DNA from: an uncultured Candidatus Binatia bacterium
Lineage (GTDB): Bacteria > Desulfobacterota > Binatia > UBA9968 > JAJDTQ01
Assembly (NCBI GenBank): GCA_965213675.1
Contig: OZ243916.1
Coordinates: 2,432,001-2,496,000, forward strand
Length of the DNA stretch: 64,000 bases
Reading direction: 5' to 3'
Positions 46,932 to 56,222 of this stretch are shown here, piece by piece. The position numbers and the translations under genes are program-made. The first letter of the stretch is position 1. Each line of letters begins with the position of its first letter. The notes under the pieces are model-generated. The model made no database searches. It was not told the DNA's origin and saw only the letters and a program-made list of their open reading frames with translations.

Positions 46932-47795
46932 TCAGAGCTTCCAACTGGCGAAGCCCCAACCGGTGGCGACGTGGTCGGGCATGTAGAAGGTTTCGGCGGC
47001 CGGCGTGTCGCCTACCGCGCCCACCGTGACCATCCAGTTCAGGAACTCGGTGTTCCCCGACTGGCGCAATTGCTCCAGCGTCAGGTCGGCCAGCGTGGCG
47101 CCCTGACCCGCGCGCATCTGCCGCAGCAACTCCTCATCGAAGCTGGTATCGATCTCGCCTATCCGGGGGGAACCCGGGAAATGCGACAGCCCGCCGGTGG
47201 CGAGCATGGCCACCCGTTCGGGCGCGGCGTCCGCCACCTGCCGGATCAACTGTCCCAGCGCATGGCACCGCGCCGGGGACGGCAGCGGGTCGATCCAGGT
47301 GTTGACGAAAATCGGCAGGATCGGGATTGCCGGCTCCGGCAGCAGGAAATGCAGCGGCACGACCTGGGTATGCTGCAGCTCGATGTTCTCGCCGAAGGAC
47401 AAGTCAAGGCCGGCGTCGACCCCGGCCTTCAGGATGGCCCGGCCGAGTCCGGCATGGTTGCGATAGTGGAACCGGTGGCGGGTGAACTGCCCGCGCACCT
47501 CGTCCGCCAGCGTCACGAAAAACGTGGGTATGTTGTTGAAGAAGAAGTTGACGAACTGGTCGTTGGCGACCACGATCAGCGCGTCGGGCCGGGCGGCTTC
47601 GAGGTCGGCGCGAAGCACGGAAAAGGCGTGCTCGGCATCCTGACGCAGCCTCTGCTGCGCCTCCAGGGACGGCCTGCTCCCAGCCGCCTGTGGCGCCATG
47701 CGGTAGTGGAGCGTCATGAACTCTTCCCACTCCGCGCCCGGCTCGAGCAGTATGTTGGGAGCGTGGCTTGCGGCCACGGCGGCGACGAATGGCAT
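46932..47795 (-). CDS. LigB-like class III extradiol dioxygenase
   Basis: ASHAP, PDALIVVAND, TGGLSH, GNTEFLNW. Confidence 0.85.
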   Translation of the reverse strand: MPFVAAVAASHAPNILLEPGAEWEEFMTLHYRMAPQAAGSRPSLEAQQRLRQDAEHAFSVLRADLEAARPDALIVVANDQFVNFFFNNIPTFFVTLADEVRGQFTRHRFHYRNHAGLGRAILKAGVDAGLDLSFGENIELQHTQVVPLHFLLPEPAIPILPIFVNTWIDPLPSPARCHALGQLIRQVADAAPERVAMLATGGLSHFPGSPRIGEIDTSFDEELLRQMRAGQGATLADLTLEQLRQSGNTEFLNWMVTVGAVGDTPAAETFYMPDHVATGWGFASWKL

Positions 47796-47938
47796 CTTGA
47801 ACGGGCCCCCCTCCAAAGGAGTGGCAAAAGATGGTATAAGCCGGTCCAAGAAATTTCAACCAGCTTCAGCCAGCGCTTCAACGTGCCCTATTGCCTGTGT
47901 GCGTTCGTGGAACGCAGCCCTCAACGACGGGAGAATCC

Positions 47939-48913
47939 ATGCGGAAACGGTTCTGGTGCATTCTCGTGGCCTGCGGACTCGTGGCTCTCGCCGCCCCTTC
48001 CATGGGGGAGTCCTGGGAGCCCGCCACCACGGTTTTCGAATACCGGGAGCCCGCGGGAGGCGCGACGAGCCAGGACGCCGTCTCCACGATCATCGGGAAC
48101 CACGCGACATACGTCGCCCAACGCAGGGACACCCTGCTCGACGTCGCCCGCCGCAACCACCTCGGCTATACGGAGTTGCGCCTGGCCAACCCCGGCGTGG
48201 ATCCGTGGCTGCCCGGCGAGGGCGCGCGGATCGCGGTCCCGTCCGAGTGGATCCTTCCCGATGCCCCGCGCAAGGGCATCGTCCTGAACATTCCCGAGAT
48301 GAGGCTGTACTACTACCTGCCGGACTCCAAGGTCATGACCTTCCCGCTCGGAGTGGGTGTGGAGGGTCAGCACACGCCGGCGGGGAAATACCGCATCCGC
48401 CAGAAACGCGAGAATCCCACCTGGTACGTGCCGGTCTCGATCCAGAAGGAACGGGGCGAGGACCACCCCAAGGTGGTGCCTCCCGGGCCCGACAACCCCT
48501 TGGGCGAGTACTGGATGCGCCTGTCCCACACCAGCTATGGCATCCACGGCACCAACAACTCGTGGGCCATCGGCCGCCGCGTGACCCACGGCTGCATCCG
48601 CCTCTACCCCGAGGACATCGCCTATCTGTATTCGCTGGTTCCGGAGGGGACGCCGGCGCGCGTGATCTACCAGCACGCCAAGGTGGGTTTCCGGGACGGC
48701 ACCGCCTACTTCCAGGTCCACCGCTACGGCCGGGCCACCGACAGCGAACTCATGGCCATCCTCATCAGGCAAGTCGTCAAGCTCAAGCTCGACGTCGACC
48801 TGCGCAGGTTGCGGGAACTTCTGATCGACCTGCCCGACGGCGCCATGACCCCCCTGCCGCCACGGAAAGCCAAGCCCTTGGTGGAGAAAACTGTCGCGGG
48901 AACCGCCTCCTGA
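47939..48913 (+). CDS. L,D-transpeptidase (LysM plus YkuD)
   Basis: ANPGVDPWLP, PPGPDNPLG, YGIHGTN, THGCIRL. Confidence 0.93.
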   Translation: MRKRFWCILVACGLVALAAPSMGESWEPATTVFEYREPAGGATSQDAVSTIIGNHATYVAQRRDTLLDVARRNHLGYTELRLANPGVDPWLPGEGARIAVPSEWILPDAPRKGIVLNIPEMRLYYYLPDSKVMTFPLGVGVEGQHTPAGKYRIRQKRENPTWYVPVSIQKERGEDHPKVVPPGPDNPLGEYWMRLSHTSYGIHGTNNSWAIGRRVTHGCIRLYPEDIAYLYSLVPEGTPARVIYQHAKVGFRDGTAYFQVHRYGRATDSELMAILIRQVVKLKLDVDLRRLRELLIDLPDGAMTPLPPRKAKPLVEKTVAGTAS

Positions 48914-48960
48914 AACAACCGCGACACCCGTGAGAACACCCGCCCTGTGAAAACGCGGGA

Positions 48961-49815
48961 TCAGGTCCGGTACTTCTCGTCCAGGGCGTACTTCTCCTCG
49001 AGCCCCACGATGTCGTGAAAGTCGTCGAACGGCAGCAGGCCGTCCATGAGGGCCTCGGCCGTGCCGTGTTCCCGCAGTTGCGCGTAATACTTCTGCAGCG
49101 CCATGGCCGCGGAATAGAGCGGACCCACGGGCCACACGATCAACGCGAAGCCCAAGTCCCGCAACTCCGCCGGCGTCATGAGCGGTGTGACCCCGCGCTC
49201 GATCATGTTGGCCACCAGCGGACCGGGAATGGCGCGGGCGATGTCGCGCATCTCCTCGCGCGTCTCCGGCGCCTCGATGAACACCGCGTCCGCGCCGTTC
49301 TCCTTGAAGGCGAGGCCGCGCTGGATGGCCTCGTCGAGGCCCAGGGCCTGGCGCGCGTCGGTGCGGGCCACGACGAAGAGGTCCCCGTCCCCCCGCGCCG
49401 CCACCGCGGCGTTGAGCTTCTTCAGGTATTCGTCCAGCGGCACCACCTGCTTGCCGCGCATGTGGCCGCAGCGCTTGGGCCACACCTGGTCCTCCAGGAA
49501 CATGCCCGCGGCCCCCGCCCGCTTGAGTTCGTTGACCGTGCGCACCACGTTCACCGCGTTGCCGTACCCCGTGTCCGAATCCACGATCACCGGCGTCCGC
49601 ACCGCCCCACAGATGCGGTAGATGGTGCTCAGCATCTCCGTCTGCGTGAGAATGCCGAAATCCGGCTCCCCGAGAAACGTCGCCGAAATCCCGTACCCCG
49701 TGGTGAAGATCACGTCGAACCCCGCCCGCGCCGCAATGCGCGCGCTCAGAGCGTCGTACACACCGGGCATGACCAGGGTTCCGTTGCGGTCCAGCGCTTC
49801 CTTGACTCTGCTCAT
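48961..49815 (-). CDS. Isocitrate lyase/PEP mutase-family lyase (PrpB or dimethylmalate lyase-like)
   Basis: YDALSA, DSDTGYG, EDQVWPKRCGH, ARTDA. Confidence 0.9.
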   Translation of the reverse strand: MSRVKEALDRNGTLVMPGVYDALSARIAARAGFDVIFTTGYGISATFLGEPDFGILTQTEMLSTIYRICGAVRTPVIVDSDTGYGNAVNVVRTVNELKRAGAAGMFLEDQVWPKRCGHMRGKQVVPLDEYLKKLNAAVAARGDGDLFVVARTDARQALGLDEAIQRGLAFKENGADAVFIEAPETREEMRDIARAIPGPLVANMIERGVTPLMTPAELRDLGFALIVWPVGPLYSAAMALQKYYAQLREHGTAEALMDGLLPFDDFHDIVGLEEKYALDEKYRT

Positions 49816-50001
49816 GAAGGGGCTCCAGTCTATGCGGTGTTGGAGATTTTTCGGGAAGATCTATGGAACGACGGCAATGCTACACGGACAGATAGCCGGG
49901 AAGCAGCGTTGGCGAGCCTTGAGTCCGGTCATTGCAGGGAAGCCATCACCAGGAACCGCATGACAGCGGCAGTTCCCCGCAAAGCCAGGCAGGCCTCTCC
50001 G

Positions 50002-50286
50002 TCATTCCGCGGGGATCTCCACGATCACGTCGCCCAACACCTTGGCGACGCAGCCCAACCGGTCGGCGTCGTCGGATTCGAGCATGGACAGGGTGAGTTC
50101 TTCGTTGTCGTCCATGGGGCTCAGGTTGTTCAGGCCGGCGAGGATCTTCACCTTGTCGGTGCCACAGATGGCCTCGGTGCAGTCGTGGCGCAGGGTCACG
50201 CCGTTGCGGATGGCGGCCACCAGGATGGTGGTGCCATCGTCGACCTCGAAGCTCTGTCCCAAGGGCATGAAAGTGACTCTTGGCAT
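50002..50286 (-). CDS. [2Fe-2S] ferredoxin with third Cys replaced by Asp
   Basis: HDCTEAICGTD...RLGC. Confidence 0.82.
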   Translation of the reverse strand: MPRVTFMPLGQSFEVDDGTTILVAAIRNGVTLRHDCTEAICGTDKVKILAGLNNLSPMDDNEELTLSMLESDDADRLGCVAKVLGDVIVEIPAE

Positions 50287-50544
50287 GGCGGGGTTGTAGG
50301 AGACGCTTGCCGGGTTGTCAAGTTAAGCCCCATGCGTCCCGCGCCCGATCAGGCGTCTCACGACGTTCCCGCACGGGCGGGTTTTACGACTCCAGGTTCT
50401 TGAGGCGCCTGGTACACCGTCCTTGAACGCCGTTCCGTCCGCACCGATCAGGGCGTGACCTGATCTTTGTCGGACGGCAGTGATATCTCCTTGCCCATGC
50501 CGTCGGTGCGCCTTACCCCTTGTCGTTCAGGAGCCAATGCGTGG

Positions 50545-52296
50545 TCATCGACTGCCTCGCCGGTCATCGAAATACTCGACAAGCGCTGACCGGCCGACGA
50601 TTTCGACGATCCGTACGCGCAATCTGGTCCCCTCGGCGTCGGTCAATTGCAGTTCCTCGCCGGGGATGAATTGGACCGGCTGTTGTTTGCCCTCGTCGAT
50701 CACGATGTTCGACGCATAGAGATAAGTCCGGTCAAGATTATCGCGGATGGGATTCAGCCTGCCCTTCAATCCTGGCAGGTTACCGGTCCCCTCTGGAATA
50801 ATTACGCTCCCGCCCTCCGGCAAGGCATCCAGATTGATCGCAAGTGCCCGCTCACTCGGTGTCCAATCCTGCTCCAGATGCGCGGCCTGTCCGGGCGCGG
50901 ACGCGAACACGGTCATGGGCAGCGTTGTCGTGTGCAGATCGACCGCCGCCTCACCTTGTTCGTCCGTGGTGGCGCGTATCCAGGTCTTGTTCGGAAAAAG
51001 CACGAGGAGATCGGTGCCCGGCAAGGGCTGGCCCCCGGAACGCACCGAGATGACGGCCCGGGCAGGACTTCGTTCCTGCATCGCTGCGGGAATGACAAGA
51101 AGGACCTCCGAATCGTCGACGACCCGGTAATTTGGATATTTGCCGCACAACTCCCATGTTTCGCGTTGGATAATGAGGACACCGTCGCCGCGGCGCTCCA
51201 TGAAGTAACGCCTGTCTCCGCCGCCACGGGTCCCGCCGACAGGCATCCGCGCCAAAACGCAGGTCAGGGCCTCGTTGCGGGTCGACTGCCGCGAGCCCAT
51301 GCTCTCCACGGTCAGGTTGTTGGGCAAGGAGCCGGGCGATTGGATCTCCAGGCGATCATCGAACATTGACAAGCGAATCTTGCTTCCCCTTATGGAATAG
51401 TCGCGGTGGACCACTGCGTTGACCAATGCCTCGAACACGGCTCTTTCGCTATACTGGGGCAGATCCGAACGGGCCGGATCCTTCCGTGCCGCGACCTGCA
51501 TGTTCCTAACGGCGAACGCAACCGCGCCGGCGATCTGTTCGTTCAGCGGGCCGGTGATCTCCTGCGCATCGATCTGGCCGGATGCACGGTCTTGGCCCCG
51601 GTATCTGGTCGCCGTGATGCAGGCGTTGGGAAGCCATTGTTCCGGATTCGGAGTGCACAACAACACTCCGGCGACAGTGGCGCGAAGAACCCCAGCCTCG
51701 TCGTCAACCAGGAGCGCCAATTTTTCGAGCGCCGCCTCAGGTTCGGCCGCGCCCTCGGCGCTCAGCAACGGTTTCCAGAGCGCCTCGACCAATGTCCTGA
51801 ATCCGGTGTCCGGCACCGGTTGCTTGTCGAACCACAGAAAGCGGGCCTGCGACCGCCGTTGCGCCAGGCGCAACCGCTCGTCGCCCCCCATAAGTCGCTT
51901 TGAGGCGCCCACACGGATGTAATTCCCGCCGGGGCTCTCATGCACGGAATCACTCTCCGGCACTTCGGCCAGCAGCACCAACCTGCCGTCGGACAGTTCG
52001 GTGTGATGTGTGCGGATGCGAACGGGCGGCTTGATCGTATCGGTGCTCACCTCGACCAGAAGGGCATCCAGGTTAGCGATCTGCGCGCGCGACATGCCGA
52101 TGATCTTGCCGTCGTCGGCAACGCCGGCGAGCACTACGCCTCCGGCGGCGTTGGCGAAGGCCGCGATTTCGTCGGCCCAGGCGCCGCGGGTCGGTCGTCT
52201 CGGACGATCACCAGCGAACTCGACCTGCTTGAACTCCCAGCCGCTGTCTTCGCCCGCCCGCAACCGGCTTTCGATATCCTCGACGCGGTAGTTCAT
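50545..52296 (-). CDS. Schlafen/AlbA_2 plus HATPase_c_4 (RecG C-terminal-like) protein with extra beta-rich C-terminal domain
   Basis: GEDSGWEFK, IAAFANAAGG, EALVNAVVHRDY, LEIQSPGSLP, RN, MERRGDG; about 170-aa beta-rich tail. Confidence 0.85.
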   Translation of the reverse strand: MNYRVEDIESRLRAGEDSGWEFKQVEFAGDRPRRPTRGAWADEIAAFANAAGGVVLAGVADDGKIIGMSRAQIANLDALLVEVSTDTIKPPVRIRTHHTELSDGRLVLLAEVPESDSVHESPGGNYIRVGASKRLMGGDERLRLAQRRSQARFLWFDKQPVPDTGFRTLVEALWKPLLSAEGAAEPEAALEKLALLVDDEAGVLRATVAGVLLCTPNPEQWLPNACITATRYRGQDRASGQIDAQEITGPLNEQIAGAVAFAVRNMQVAARKDPARSDLPQYSERAVFEALVNAVVHRDYSIRGSKIRLSMFDDRLEIQSPGSLPNNLTVESMGSRQSTRNEALTCVLARMPVGGTRGGGDRRYFMERRGDGVLIIQRETWELCGKYPNYRVVDDSEVLLVIPAAMQERSPARAVISVRSGGQPLPGTDLLVLFPNKTWIRATTDEQGEAAVDLHTTTLPMTVFASAPGQAAHLEQDWTPSERALAINLDALPEGGSVIIPEGTGNLPGLKGRLNPIRDNLDRTYLYASNIVIDEGKQQPVQFIPGEELQLTDAEGTRLRVRIVEIVGRSALVEYFDDRRGSR

Positions 52297-52819
52297 CTCT
52301 CTAAAATTCCAGCGACCCTTGCAGGTCCCCACGTGTGTCGTGAATTGCTGTCGCCTGACGGGTCCGTTCCGACCATACCGCGATCAGGCCGTCATAGGAG
52401 GCCTCCAGGCGTTCCTCCTCTTGTTGACACAACGGACCCCCGATCTTTCCAAACACGTACAACATACTGGTTTATTGGCGTTTTCTTCAGATGCATCTCA
52501 AGCCGTCGTCGTCACCGTAAGCGAATCGCAAGCGGTTTGAATACCACAACGGCGTCAATCAGCGTGTGCCCGAACCTGCCCCCAATAAGACCCCCATTAG
52601 AACCCGATTGAACCCCCATTGGACCCCAATCGCTGCAACGAGCCCTACTAGGTTTCTCCCGATCGGATTCCGTCATAGCTGGCCAGATCCGTCAAAACTG
52701 CCGATCCTGACATCCTCCCGGTCACTCAGCTTCCCCTTCAGACGATGTCTGTTGGCTAAGACCATCGTGCTCAAAGACCAAAAACGTTACGTGGCTTCGA
52801 ATCAGGTTACAAGATTCGC

Positions 52820-53070
52820 GGCGTAGCGGGTTGTCGTCAGGCTCGCCTTCAGCGCGGCCAGTGTCGCCGCTGCTTTGCCTCCGGGGGAGACCTTGATGTG
52901 AATGTTGCTGCGCTGGAGAACTCCGCCTATGTCGGAGTCGTTCCTCGCGCCGGAGCGCAGGCGCTTAATGGTAGTCGCCTTGTTTCCGAAGGCTTCGAGA
53001 AAGGCGAAAGGGAACTCGGCGGCTCCAGCGCAAGAGCCGAAATGGCCTCTTCTATCTCAACGGCTTTCAT
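52820..53070 (-). pseudogene. N-terminal remnant of an MmeI-like (type IIL) restriction-methyltransferase
   Basis: MKAVEIEEAISALALEP, frameshift, then AEFPFAFLEAFGNKATTIKRLRSGARNDSDIGGVLQRSNIHI...LAALKAS, then stop; not in the ORF track. Confidence 0.72.
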
Positions 53071-53182
53071 TGGTCATCACAGAGCACAGACAGCCAGTCG
53101 GCTACGCTGACGCAACTCCAACCCACCGGCTCAGACGTCGCAACAGACGCCGAAACCGTTGGGTGATTTATCCCACCTTGCA

Positions 53183-55081
53183 TCACCCCGCCACGTCTGG
53201 GATGGCATCGTCAACCGTCTCATCCGGCACGTCCACTTCAGGCTCGTTGGTCGCCTCACCGCCATAGACAGTTTGACCGGTGGCTTCTTCAATCAGTCCA
53301 AGCAGGGCCGCTTGGCGTGCATGACAAAAGCCTTCGAAGTCGTCTGCCCGAAGTAGTTCCGGATCGATCAGATGCGTCCGCAGGAAACCGTCGATGTCGG
53401 CGGCAGGAATCGGCGGCGAGCCAACTCCACCGCGTTCGAGGCGCGCCAAATACTCTGAGGGCGCCGCGCCACCCAGCATGCGGTTGGTGCGGGCCGTTAG
53501 CGGCGTTTTGTTGATGATCGAATCATAAACGTCCGGGGATTTCCCCTTTCGTCGGCACCAATCGCGCGGGAAAACATGATGGATGTCGACACTCTCTTCG
53601 AAGAAAACCGTCTGGTCAAAGTCCTGGCTGGACCGGAAATCCCTGGCACCCTTGGCCATGAGCAGGGCGTTGATGCCCTTGTAGGCGGCTGACAGCCGGG
53701 TGCGCATAGTACGAAGGCGATCGACTCGGAAGATCGGATCCTCCATGGTCGAGGGGGAATCTCCACCGGCAAGCCAAATCGGCACCTCGACAATATCTCT
53801 GGCGATTCGAGACTCCACGGCTGAACCGTAGAGTTCGCCGAACACGCCACACCAGTACCAGCGTGCAATGCGTGCGCGAGTCTCGGCGTTTTCCCACAGG
53901 TCGCCAATGGTCATGAGGATCGCGGCGAGCGGCACAAATTGGCTCTGGTAAGGGAGGTCCTGGACCCGATAAATCCGCTGCATTCGCAAGAACTTCACCG
54001 CCGTCTCGAAACCCTTCTCAACGGGGTCGGCGTGCAATTTGTACGCATCGAGCGGCAGGTTGAGCAGGGACTGGCGTGTGGCACTGACCGATGGCAGATC
54101 GTGACGTCCCGGATCCTCGGCAGACCGCTCAACGCGCACGTCGCGCGTGTGGATCAGCGAGATTGCCTGTAGAAAATCGGTCGGGGCGATCTTCTCAAGA
54201 AGGCCATAGTCCTGGTCGGCTGCACGCCCGAAGGTGGAAAGGCGGTTCTTGCGACCCGATCCAGCGCTTTCGCCCAACCAGTCCTTGCGCAACTCAAAGC
54301 CTTGGGCCGAATACATCGCGGTCACCAACTCGAACGCGTCGAGAGGCTTGCCGCCGGTGTTGACCTTCTCGAAGACCAAACAGACGGCCTCGCGCGACGT
54401 GTCTTTAGCGAGTTCGATCACGGGGACTTGGTAGTTCTTGAAGTTCTGTAAGACCTCGTCCTTGAAACGCTTGAATAGTTCACGCTTTTCGGCTCTCCCG
54501 CGCGCGATCCAGTAGTCGCCGAAGCCGTCCTGCCAAGCGTCCCAGTCGAACGCTTGGTTGACCGGGAACATCCCCTCTCTGTACTCGGACTCATGTGAAG
54601 AGAGATCCAGGAGAACAGTGCGGCCAAAGTCTGCCCGTTGAATGCGATCCTCGGGGACTCCGACCACAGCGTCCTCGCGGTTGCGCTGTGGATCAAGCGC
54701 CGCTTCGATGTCGAGGTAGAACCAGCGTTTCACCTTCTTGTGCCGCGCCGTGACCGTTTCCACGATACGCTGCCGCATGCAGGTCTGATAGAGGGAGGTC
54801 ATGCGCTGCTGTCCGTCCAGCAGCAGATGACGCGCTGCATGTGTTTCCGCGTCGTCTGGAGCCCCCTGTATCGGTCGAGCCTTGAATTCGACCGTTCCCC
54901 CGGTCTCGAGGGTCATCAAGGCCCCCACAGGGAAGGCCAAGGAGACGGAGGTAATCAGGCTGCGGATGCGTTCTTCGTCCCAGACCCAGCTTCTCTGGAA
55001 GTCCGGAAGTTTGATGGTCCCGCGCTGACAGTCGCGCAAGAGTTCCTCAAGGCGTACAGGATTTGTCGTAAAGCTCGCCAT
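53183..55081 (-). CDS. DUF262 (GmrSD-like) protein with C-terminal HNH-like domain
   Basis: LPDFQRSWVW, LLDGQQR, FEKVNTGG, DIHHVFP...INKTPL..TN. Confidence 0.88.
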   Translation of the reverse strand: MASFTTNPVRLEELLRDCQRGTIKLPDFQRSWVWDEERIRSLITSVSLAFPVGALMTLETGGTVEFKARPIQGAPDDAETHAARHLLLDGQQRMTSLYQTCMRQRIVETVTARHKKVKRWFYLDIEAALDPQRNREDAVVGVPEDRIQRADFGRTVLLDLSSHESEYREGMFPVNQAFDWDAWQDGFGDYWIARGRAEKRELFKRFKDEVLQNFKNYQVPVIELAKDTSREAVCLVFEKVNTGGKPLDAFELVTAMYSAQGFELRKDWLGESAGSGRKNRLSTFGRAADQDYGLLEKIAPTDFLQAISLIHTRDVRVERSAEDPGRHDLPSVSATRQSLLNLPLDAYKLHADPVEKGFETAVKFLRMQRIYRVQDLPYQSQFVPLAAILMTIGDLWENAETRARIARWYWCGVFGELYGSAVESRIARDIVEVPIWLAGGDSPSTMEDPIFRVDRLRTMRTRLSAAYKGINALLMAKGARDFRSSQDFDQTVFFEESVDIHHVFPRDWCRRKGKSPDVYDSIINKTPLTARTNRMLGGAAPSEYLARLERGGVGSPPIPAADIDGFLRTHLIDPELLRADDFEGFCHARQAALLGLIEEATGQTVYGGEATNEPEVDVPDETVDDAIPDVAG

Positions 55082-55220
55082 CCGATGGTTCCTCATACAG
55101 CGCGCGTCTGAACGGACTACGTGCCGAATCGACCCGAAAGTTCTCGAGAGTCCCCCATCAACGTAGACTCGAAGAGGCCTACCTATACTGCCTCGACACC
55201 GGTCAGGAAGACAACATTCT

Positions 55221-55946
55221 TTACAGATCCACCACCAGCCCGTCTTCCGCGGTCTCGACCGGTAGCGTGTGGCGCCGGGCCAGCATCTCCTCGCCCATGT
55301 GCGTCAGGATCAGCCGCTTGCACTCCAGGTGCTCCCAGTGCGCGGCAACCTCCGCGTAGCTCATGTGCGACGGTGACGGGTGGTCGTAGTGGCAACACTC
55401 GCAGATGAACAGGTCCGCGCCCCGGCCGTGGGTGATGAACTGGTCCGTCCAGCTCGAATCGCCGGAGAAGAGCACGGTGCGGCCCGCCACCCTGACCCTG
55501 AGTCCGAGCGAGACCGCGTCGGTCTGGTGCGGCACCCGGAAGCCCAGGACCTCTGCGCCGGCTACGGCGGCGGTGGTGTCCGGCTCCAGCGCCCGAAACA
55601 CGGCGAAGGGCAGCTCCTTTTCGCCGTACATGAGCCTCATGAGATCGCGCACGCGCTGTTCGGTGCCCGGCGGGCCGGCCACCTCCAGCGGCCGGCTCCG
55701 GGGCTTGTTGTACAGGTAGTGGATGAAGAAGAACGGCAGTCCGCCGAAGTGATCGCCGTGCAGGTGACTCAGGATGACCGCGTCGAGATCGGCGGGGTCC
55801 AGACCTGCGCGCCTCAGGGCGGGGAGCGTGCAGGGACCGCAATCCAGCAGCAACAGGCGCGACCGATGCTCCAGCAGGTACGCGCTGTGGTTGCGGCCGC
55901 CGCTGCCGAAGGCGTCGCCGCATCCGAGGAAGTGGACTTTCACCAA
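55221..55946 (-). CDS. MBL-fold metallohydrolase (RNase Z/ElaC-like)
   Basis: LGCGDAFGSGGR, SHLHGDH, FSGD, LTHM. Confidence 0.9.
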   Translation of the reverse strand: MVKVHFLGCGDAFGSGGRNHSAYLLEHRSRLLLLDCGPCTLPALRRAGLDPADLDAVILSHLHGDHFGGLPFFFIHYLYNKPRSRPLEVAGPPGTEQRVRDLMRLMYGEKELPFAVFRALEPDTTAAVAGAEVLGFRVPHQTDAVSLGLRVRVAGRTVLFSGDSSWTDQFITHGRGADLFICECCHYDHPSPSHMSYAEVAAHWEHLECKRLILTHMGEEMLARRHTLPVETAEDGLVVDL

Positions 55947-56222
55947 GCCTGAGGGCCTCTCCGTGTCGTCGCGAATTTACCGCGAGGCATGGGGATGGTC
56001 CGTACAGGGGCCGCCGGCGGTCTTGCCAGGGCGTGCCCAAGGGCGGCCAGCGGTCGCCTCTGCACAGACAGACTCGTAGACTAGCAGCGCCGAAGCGACC
56101 TTGGCAACGCGTGCCGGGTCTGCCACATTCCCCGGAGGATGCCGGTCTTGCCTGGTGGCAGCGGCAGCTCGGCGAAGCGTGATCGAACGAACTTCACACG
56201 GCGGCTCCTTGAAGTTGACCTC

